DNA from: Amphiscolops sp. MND2022
Taxonomy: Eukaryota
Reading direction: 5' to 3'
DNA length: 64,000 nt
Assembly: GCA_964187785.1 (NCBI GenBank)
Contig: OZ076413.1
Span: 42,162,001-42,226,000 of the forward strand
Shown here: positions 54,939 through 64,000 of the stretch, piece after piece
How positions within the stretch are numbered: the first letter of the stretch is position 1
Layout: each line of letters begins with the position of its first letter
Translations under genes and position numbers: made by a program
Notes under the pieces: model-generated
The model's database searches: none
Told to the model about the DNA's origin: nothing
The model's input: only the letters and a program-made list of their open reading frames with translations

Positions 54939-57900
54939 GTAGTATGTTCACTTTAATTTTTGTGTTGAATAATTTGACAAATGTTATGAATTTGTCATTT
55001 TGATTAAGTTTCTCTCTTTTTACATGACTAATCTGAACGCTTTGAAAATTCCATTAGCTCTAATTCTTTTTCACGCTGTGTACCTCGACAACGAAAGTGA
55101 TAAAAATGAATAGAAGTTTCCCCGAGAGGAATAACTGTGAGAACGATGTTTAAGGATCCGCCACCAAACTCTAATGCCCATGATTCAATTTCGAAATTTA
55201 ATGAGATCTAAAAGAAAATGGCCTCAGATCTTAAAAAATGGCACATGTCGGGGATGTAATAAAGTAAGATCTAGGGCCCAAGGTCTAACGGGGCTTAGGA
55301 AAAAATGTTTCAAAGAATCAATTAAAAATGTAGCTAGTTAAAATAGTCTCCACAGCACAACTAATAGTCTCCAATGAACATGAAAAAACAGCTTACCGAC
55401 TCCCTTTTCTTTATATGAGCACATAAACCTATATCCTTCTACTAACCTGTGGTTTCTACGCGCACGGTTTCAATGTGTAATAAGAAAAAAGGATATAGAG
55501 GAAAGAAACGAAAATAGGTTCAAACGGCACTATTTGAATCAATTCGTTGCTCATTTATTGCGACATTTAAACGAATAGTTTAAACATTGATTATGCTATA
55601 AATTTAAACGAGAAACCCTGGAAATACTGGCAATTTCACATCTCGAGCAAATCAGCGTTCTGAATATTTATCATAGCTATATGGTTGCTCCGTGATTTTA
55701 GATTTTGGGTGTATTGCAGTTTTGCGATTCAAGCCACTATTAGGATCTAACACCAAATGTGTAATTTCAATTTCGAAATTGAATAGCATCTAACGGCTGA
55801 GATCAAAAAATTTTGGCAGTCGCATGGGATCTAAAAGCCTGGCATCTAACGCCCAAGATCTAACAGAGGTTTGAAAAAAATTTTATCGTGAAAATGAACT
55901 CAGCAGGGCAGGTGTGACGTTTTGAAATAGCATCTCTTGGGTGAAGACGCACTCGCCCTCGTCCTTGAAAAATTTCGCTTCGCAATCTTCACCCCGGTAG
56001 GTCTTATCTCCTCTTGGAACTGCTTAGAAAGACGTTTGCTACCGACCACGGGGTACTAGCAAGAGTGGGGACGTTGTCTAATGCACGAGAAAATTTCTGA
56101 CCATTAACTTCAACCTTGGTTTCTCCTTGGATTCAAATTCAAAATTAGTTATTATTCCATAGGCGAACCAGGAAAACAAGTCCTAATGTCGCTCTAAAAT
56201 TAGTTTTAGTTCACTTCAATGATGAAAAATTTTAGGGAGCAGCTTTTGGGATCTAGTGCATAAAAATTCAGAATCTTATAGCCCAAGATCTAATGGGGGT
56301 TTGAAAAAAAATTATAACGAAAAACAACTCGAAAAGCATGATTTCACATAATTTCTCCTTGAGTGAAGCATTGGCAAAAAAGTAAGGGAAAAAGGTCTAC
56401 AACTCAGAAAGAGAGCTAGCGAGTGTTTATAATAAAATTGTCCTTACAAAAAGTTAGATCTACACCATTTCAGATCTTTGGCAAAATATGCAAAATCTGC
56501 CAAATAAGACAAAATATGTCACAACGTTACATCGCAGGCAATAGAGTATATGCGTTAGATCTTCTTCTGTTTTCCCGAGGTTGAGCAGGAGTAAGGACTT
56601 AGCGGGAGAAAATCGGAAGCGATCGAGCAGGCCCGTTGAAACTTTCGATGAGACTGGACTAATTTCAAAACTGTTAGGCCTTCTTCGTCTCAAATTTCCT
56701 ATTTACACTATTAACCATTCGCGAATCCACTCTTTGTTCTGCTATTTGGGATGGAAAATACTTGAAATTTCAATGTTAACAAGGCGGGAATAACGTCTAA
56801 ATCTTATTCCTTAAAAACGATTTGACGTCATTCCCGTTTACCAATTAGAGAGGGAACAAGATCTAAAGTCAAAAAAGGGATTAAGATCTAAAGGGAATAA
56901 GATTTAAAATTTCAGGGCAGGAATTAGATCTAAAGGGAATAAGATATAAAATCACTAAATTTTCCCCCTCTTAAGAATAAGATTCAAAGGGAAAAATTTC
57001 CCTTTTTAAAGTTGAGCATGTCAAAATTTTAAGATCCTATTCCTTCAGATCATCATATTCTTCAGACCTCATTCCCCCACCCTTTGCAACTAGACGTTAT
57101 TCCCGCTCGCAAACGTCTGAAGCCAAGTCAGACTCATTCCCGATCTTAAGAAACTGAATTTTAGATGTCATTCCTTTGGACCGTATTCCTGAAACACTTT
57201 CAGGCGTTATTCGCGCCTCCAACTTTCCCGCTTCTGGAGGGGGAGGATCTAATTTTTTTTTAAAAAAAGCTAATACTTATATAAAGGGGATAAGATATGA
57301 AATCACTAAAATTTCATCTTATTCCCCTTCTCGAAGTTTAGCATGTCAAAACAGGATAAACGTCTAAAATTTAGACTTTAGTTACGATTCGGGAGCTGGC
57401 ATTCTCTAGATCTTAGTTACGGAAAATGACATTTAGACCTTGGTTCTTTAGATCTTAGTTGCAAAAGTGCGTTTCGATCTAATTCCTTAGATCGCAGTTT
57501 GTGCCAACTGACGACATCACTCCCTAGAAACTTCGAAGTTTGTTAGTTCTAATTCAGGTCACTCAAAAATTTTGGTTCCAATTCCCGTAACAAATTAGTT
57601 CTTATTCCTGTTTGAGGAAATATGAAATTAGGTCTATTTCACACAAAGGTTTCAGAAATTTTGAGCATGTTAGTCCTAATTCCATTAGATCTATTTCTTT
57701 AGTCCGATTTCCGTTTCCCTAAGTAAAATTCATTTTCAGGAAAAAGACCTAAAACTTTAGGTCTTATTCCTACTTTTTGAAGAAGGGGGAAACGGAATTC
57801 GGACTAAAGAAATTGAACTAATGGAATTAGGACTAACATGCTCAAAATTTCTGAAACGTTCATGTGAAATAGAACTAATTTCGTATTTTCTCAAACAAGA

Positions 57901-58071
57901 ATTAGAACTAATTTGTTACGGGAATTGGAACTAAAAACAGGAATTAGAACTAATTTGATACGGGAATTGGAACTAAAAAAAGGGGGAATAAGACCTAAAA
58001 TGCGGAATGAGACCCAAGGGGTGAACGGAATAGTATCTAAAGGAATAATATCTAAAGTTTTTCAAAGTATA

Positions 58072-58169
58072 AAACGTGCTTCGGATATGTCCCCATTCCT
58101 TCTAGTGCCCCGCGGCCCCTTGGGGCCGCGGGGCACTAGAAGGAATGGGGACATATCCGAAGCACGTTT
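58072..58169. repeat. Perfect palindrome, 48-bp arms, TT loop
   Basis: Centre CCCC-TT-GGGG at 58116-58125. Confidence 0.97.
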
Positions 58170-59469
58170 AATATTATATATCACTTTTTAGTTTTAGATC
58201 TTAAACGATTTATTTTTTCCAATTAAATGTTTTTCCCGTTTCTCAGTCGTATTTCGACGACTTTCGGATATTTTGGGCGGGAGGCCGGAATAAGATCTAA
58301 TGGAATAAGATCTAATCACCAAATTGGATTAAGATCTAATGGAATAAGGTCTAAAGGAAATCAACTCGAGAATAAGATCTAATGGAATAAGATCTAAAGG
58401 AATAAGATCTAATGGAACAAGATCTAAAAGAATAAGATCTAATAAACCCATATGGAGTACGTTACGTCTCAAAAACTCAAATTCAATAAGAAAAGTGTGG
58501 CCAAAATCATTTTTGTGAAATTAGGTTGGATTAACGATCAATTCACATGAATTGCTTAAATACAATATTTGCACAAAATCAAATCACAAGATCAAATTGA
58601 CAAAATTATAAAATGACCAAGAATTCGCACAACCTGGAATACTCGGGAAAAATTACACCTTTGACAATTATCCAGGAAAAAATAGATCGTGAACATTGGG
58701 AGGGTGGAATAAGATTTTAGATCTTATTCCATTAGATCTTAATCCAATTTAGATCTTATTCCACTAGTGTGAAAATGAGCATGTTAAAATTTTAGATCTT
58801 ATTCCATTAGATCTTATTCTTTAGATCTTATTCCACCCTCCAATTTTGGGCGTTTTTCTGGATTTTGTACGTTATTACCTGAAAACTAGACCAAGGGAAG
58901 AACTTTTCAGCACAAGAAACAATATTTCAAAATCGGGAATAACATCTAAAAAAATGGGAATAACGTCTAAATCTTTAGACGTTATTCCCGAAAAATGAGT
59001 AAAATTTAGACGTTATTCCTTTAGACGTTATTCCTTAGACGTTATTCCCGCAGGAGAACGGAATAAGATCGAAAGAATAAGATCGAAAATACGAAAATGG
59101 AATAAGATCGAACGGAATAAGATCGAATGAAATCGTTCATCGCCTAAGATCGAATGGAATAAGATCGAATGGAATAAGATCGAAAAATTACGGAAAAAAA
59201 ATATATTACATATATCGTGCCTCGGATATGTCCCCATTTCGTCTAGTGCCCCGCGGCCCCTTGGGGCCGCTTATGTTCCCATCTTGCTAAGCGAGGTCGA
59301 ACAGGAGCAAAGACCTAGCGGGAACGGAGATCGCGAAGCGATCGTAGTGGGAGCTGGTCTTTGCGACGGTGAGGGCGAGCGTGCATACATCGCATATGCC
59401 CCACATTGATATTTTCGCTTTCAGAAAGTCCATATGGATTGAATTTACCTTTTTGTTTGTTTTGATAAA

Positions 59470-59600
59470 GCGTTTGTTTTGATAACAGCGTAGATATGTA
59501 GTTTCTTTATCCGCTTTGTTTTTGATAAAGAGATAGCCTTCATAGACATAATTTACTGAGCCCTTTCTCAAACCTTCAATTTTTTGAAAATTCATATCGA
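59470..59600 (-). pseudogene. FLYWCH-like zinc-finger N-terminal fragment of a MULE-type transposase
   Basis: MNFQKIEGLRKGSVNYVYEGYLFIKNKADKETTYLRC matches the RKG..L...GY.F.K......Y.RC pattern as recalled; the rest of the domain is missing. Confidence 0.55.
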
Positions 59601-59929
59601 TATCCTTAAAAAAAATAGTCAAAATTCGATCTTATTCAATCCAACATTCGATCTTATTCAAGTCAGGATTCGATCTTATTCAAGTGAAAATTCGATCTTA
59701 TTCAAGTCAGGATTCGATCTTATTCAAGTGAAAATTTTGAGCATGTCAATTTCATTCGATCTTATTCCATTCGATCTTATTCTTTCGATCTTATTCCTGT
59801 CTCCCCTACCGCCCCTAGACTCCATCATTTTTCTCGCACATGCTAAGAAATTCTGGAAGTTGTTGAGAAATCGAAATTTTTGAAAATTCCACATGTTTTT
59901 CCCCATATACTTCAATTTCATGTTTCTTC

Positions 59930-61080
59930 CAGACCAACCACAAACTTGACAACATTTTGCAGAAGATTATTAATCGGTCCTAACTGAGGGCCAGAAATGT
60001 TTGACCTCGTTGGCTTCATAATATAGTGTTTGTCAAACTACTTTGTCAAGCCATAGTTATCCCTCAGTGGACTTATTTAGCTTTTATCTGGGGTGAGCGT
60101 GGAAAGTTTCTAAAGTCTCAACTCTGGTCTGAGATTGAAAGCCTGTCAACGTGCTCTTTGTTCCATCCGAAGAAAGAAATATTAGAAGTCATCAGTAATC
60201 TGGTACCCATCGATATCCAAATTGAAACCCATGGAGCAAAATTTGCCATCAAAGTTTCCCAACAGTCCAAGGACGATCGCATCTTGAGACTTTTTGAAAA
60301 TAGCAAGTCAACAATTACCAGAAAACTGCTCGCAGACAGCAGAACGTTTGGTTCACTCTCATCCTATAGTCAAGACTCAATGAAAAAAAGAGTCTACAGA
60401 AGATGGAACAACCGATTGAGGAACTTGAATCTCCCACAACTTCGGATTTCAGGCCAAGAAAGAAGGGATTCTGCCAAAACATTTGACCAAGGCACACACA
60501 AAAAGGATGGTACAACTCCTAACCCAACACAGTGTTCTCTGCAACTTCCAGTTCCATTTTGGACGATGTTTCACTCCGGTCTGCACATGCATGTTAGAAG
60601 AAGAATCTACAGAGCACTTTTTATACAGACGCCCCTTTTACTCAAATTTGCGTAGCTCAGAACCACCCAAGCCTCTGGTTGATCTGCTGGATAATTGTAG
60701 TTGGGAAAATTGGAAAACAACACTGAATTTTGTTGAATTCTCGCGGAGACTTCAGACGTCTCACGGGAAGTTCCGTAATTGTAGCAAGCTTTTCTGATGC
60801 AAAATTAATATAACGTCACAATGAAACGACATTACTAGAATCACAGAGGGAGGAACACATCAAAAAGTCCGCCTCTGAAACCAAAAGTCCGCTCAAAAAT
60901 AAATTTCTATTTCTTCAACCGATGGCCCCAGCAATATTCGTGGAGGGAGCGGACTGAGCATTACCGGGCTGGGGTGTGCTCGAGGCCCGAAGGAAATTGG
61001 TCTCCAATCGAAAGAAACTCTCTTGTCTCAGCTTGACATATGTTTACACATTGTAATCTTAACGATTTTATATTTTTATT
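59930..61080 (+). mobile_element. Degenerate 3' fragment of a LINE
   Basis: Frameshifted C-terminal region with LLTQHSVL...CTCMLEEESTEHFL (CCHC-like), followed by a GC-rich 3' UTR. Confidence 0.65.
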
Positions 61081-62165
61081 ATCAATTTGTAAATCATGGC
61101 CAGCAATTAGTGCGTCTTCGGTCAAATTGTTTATTTGATCGGTTTGGAATTATATATAATTATATATAATATAGTGTTATGGACATGTGCATCATATCCC
61201 AAGGCATTAAAAGACATGAGAACTTATTTTCGATATTAACTTGTTTCATGATAAAATGAGCATCTTCAAAATTCTGATAAGCTGAACGTGATACACCAAG
61301 TGCAACTGGTACCAGTTTCTGTTGTTCTTTTTTTGGAAAAAGTTACCCAGCCTCAGACAGTTTGGATTTCTTGGCAAGATCTTGACAGAATTAAGCGCGG
61401 TTGAAAAGAAGTCCAGGATTTACCGGGGATTGCCAATGTTAAATATCTTGATGAATGCTACCTTTTTTTATGTCGGAATCTCCTCACATGTATCCTAGTT
61501 GTCGAGGTGTTTCGAATGGGATAGCTGGAATGAAAAACTGTCGAGATAGTAAAATCTAAAGATCTTGCGAGAAAATCCGGAAAAGCGGGAATCTCGTCAA
61601 GAAATCCAAGACACCAGGATTCATGGCAAGTTTTTCAGCAGGATTTATCGGGATCTTGCCAGGATTGCCAAGATTAGCGCAAAATACCCAGGACCTTGCC
61701 AAGTATCCCAAGACGCAATACGCTGGGCTGTGTTTTGGAGCAAGGGTTAGCAAACCATCTAGTCATTACACCTAAAACTCGTACAGTCAACCCTAGTCTG
61801 AAATGATAGAACATAGAACCTTTTACATGTTGCATGGAATTATGCTGGCTAATTTACAAAACTTCAGGAACATGTGTGAAACAGTTTGATCAAATTATTT
61901 GTGATGCCTAAAATGTTGCGGGTTTTTGTCTTCCCTAATGCTGCTAACAAACCCCTAACGGAAAACCTGATTAAAACCTAAATATATAGCTGGAAATTCA
62001 GATTAGGATAAACTCACACATATCCGCCAAGCATTAATAACCTTTGAAAACGTAAAACTTTTGAAAATTGTCAATCACGGTTTCTTGTGTCAGGACTTGG
62101 CGAGTGTATCATATTCATATGTGGTTTTCCTTTTTTGTTAATTAGCTTTAGTTGTTCTTTTACAG

Positions 62166-62647
62166 ACTAAAGAAGACAAAGATAATTTGCTGCCGCTCAT
62201 TTCAATCATCGGAATTGCTTCTCTCACCTTGATCGCTATTCTCTCGTACGTGATTGGTCATTCGGTAGCGATTAAGAGACAAACCTCCAAAACCAGAAAA
62301 AAATCTAATTACACAAGGGAGCTCAATTCCAAATTGGCACATGACAACTTGGCCTATGAAAGGATTATGACAGGTGTTCTCTCTGGTACCGGTCAAACGA
62401 CTTTGACGTCACGCATATTTGAGCGGGAAACCAAAACCCAAACTGATGGAGATTATCTGGATCCCCGAATCTGGATATGACCCAGAGTGGCACTAACTTG
62501 CACAGAGGGGAAGGATTTTCGGTGTCAGACGTTTTTCTGAAACTCAAGATGGATTCGGCAACCAATCCCAATCTGTATGATCTAGGCGAGGGAGTGCCTT
62601 CAACAATCTATACTGATGCATCTCTCAGATTACACACGCTTCCATAA
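62166..62647 (+). CDS. Probable terminal exon of a single-pass membrane protein (TM helix plus Tyr-containing tail), one apparent frameshift at ~62463
   Basis: cttttacag acceptor; LLPLISIIGIASLTLIAILSYVIG followed by a basic stretch; removing one C in CCCC extends the frame to TAA at 62645-47. Confidence 0.5.
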
Positions 62648-62689
62648 ACGTGCGTTTAAATAATGCGAACTTTGTGCTTTAAACATACC

Positions 62690-63465
62690 GGGTTTCCCGA
62701 CCGGACCGATCACAATCTGACCATATTATGGCACCATACAAATCTTACAAATTTCATTACAATGATCTTGCTATGATCGGCCTGGAATCGTATATGGTCC
62801 AGATTATGATCGGCCTGGAATCATATATGGTCCAGACTATGATTAGCCTGAAATCATGAATTTTTGTTCCAAACACGGGTTTAGGTGACATGAAACCCGA
62901 ATAAAAATTTTCAAAAATTGAGAACAGCCAGCTGTATAGGCTGAGGGCAATGGAGCCACATTCGACCTTTTGTATCTGCGAACGATGCATTGAAGGCCAA
63001 AACTCCGTTGAGCTATAAGCGGCGTTAAAGACAAACTATAGTCACTCAATTTGTTCTCAGTCACTCCTTAGTTAATATCTAACTCTTTTGTTATAGCAGT
63101 AACCACTTTGCAGTGTGATTTTTGATTGTTTCGAGAAAAATTACCAAATAATTCAGCAAAAGCTGCCAAAAATTACTATTTTGTGTGTTTGTGATTGTAA
63201 TGGCACTTTGGTTGAGGAATATCTAGTAATTTCATCAGTGTAGCCGTTAATTGTCTACGTTATCCTCATTTTCTTTTTATGGCTCCAGGCTGACCATACT
63301 CTGGGCAATAAAGGCTTGTCGTTCCAGGCTGACCATACTCTGGATGATATATGGCCCAGAATATGGTCAGACTGGAACCATGAACGTTGCTTTTTTATGG
63401 AACATGGCGTATCATAGACTGGACCATATATGTCCAGAGTATGGTCAGCCTGGAATCATACTGTG
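62690..63465. repeat. Short foldback-like repeats with ~33-bp subunits (CCAGGCTGACCATA / TATGGTCAGCCTGG)
   Basis: Tandem and inverted copies at 62700-62860 and 63283-63460. Confidence 0.6.
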
Positions 63466-64000
63466 AGTGGCAGGGTATGACTGACCTGTTTTTGTATGGG
63501 AAAGAACCCAGGAACACCAGAACATTGAAGAACTAATCCAGACCAGCTGATTAAGTTGGGTAAGATCAACAGTAAACATCACTGGGAGAACGAGAAGATT
63601 CATTCGATAAACCAACTCTTCAACTCTTGGTATATACGAAATATCAAAATAGCAGCTCTTCGTATATAAAAAACTCAGTGTCACAGACTTTTAGCAGTGC
63701 AGTATCCGAAGAGCAACAGTAAACAAGCTGATCATACCCCCTTGCAACTCTTAAACTGGACTTGTTGTATGTGAATAAACAATCTCAACATTGTCTCTCA
63801 TTACTACCCTTTTAAACTTACTGTCTTAGTGATGTGAATTAAATATAACATGAAACAAAACTGATTTTTCTTCAACGGATACAAGATTTTCCATCATTCT
63901 AAGATCTTCATTTCATGTATTAAAATAGCATATGCATGATTAGGCATCTTGGTAATCTTTCCGTGTGAGATAATTTGCCAATTTCCTACTTTTCAACTGG

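Larger units (their letters stand above)
56780..59810. mobile_element. Cluster of nested foldback/Mutator(Phantom)-like non-autonomous elements
   Basis: Dozens of ~14-15 bp motifs GGAATAAGATCTAA / GGAATAAGATCGAA / GGAATAACGTCTAA in inverted arrays; element 59053-59804 encloses a FLYWCH-like fragment. Confidence 0.65.

Noticed and set aside
58280..59800. CRISPR-like regularly repeated 14-15 bp motifs
   Set aside because: The repeats are too short, mostly abut without unique spacers and occur in inverted arrays; there are no cas genes and the context is eukaryotic.

Overview
AT-rich, repeat-dense eukaryotic (invertebrate-like metazoan) genomic DNA with spliceosomal GT-AG introns. There are no prokaryotic features and no CRISPR array. 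Two intron-rich genes can be assembled by hand with consistent splice phases. (1) On the minus strand is the 5' half of DRC7/CCDC135 (dynein regulatory complex subunit 7; 9 coding exons from 53020 down to 18491, ~459 codons); it continues off the left edge or is truncated. (2) On the plus strand is a divergent arrestin-domain gene (9 exons, 188-17640; start outside the window) that apparently lies inside a DRC7 intron. Introns carry a full-length BEL/Pao LTR element (GAGAT TSD, extra 307-codon upstream ORF), a full-length Ty1/Copia element (AAATC TSD, one frameshift), an RNase H-bearing I-group LINE, a CR1/L2-group LINE with a structured 3' UTR, a TTAA/piggyBac-type MITE, and many Helentron/DINE-1-like non-autonomous elements, several with internal tRNA-derived cores. 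One such element plus its flanks has been amplified into a 6 x ~745 bp tandem array with dimeric higher-order structure. There are four perfect palindromes, one of which can be traced to fold-back extension of a short hairpin seen in a sibling copy. A cluster of foldback/Mutator-like elements with a FLYWCH relic lies upstream of DRC7. All homology calls are from recalled family motifs read by eye, not database searches.
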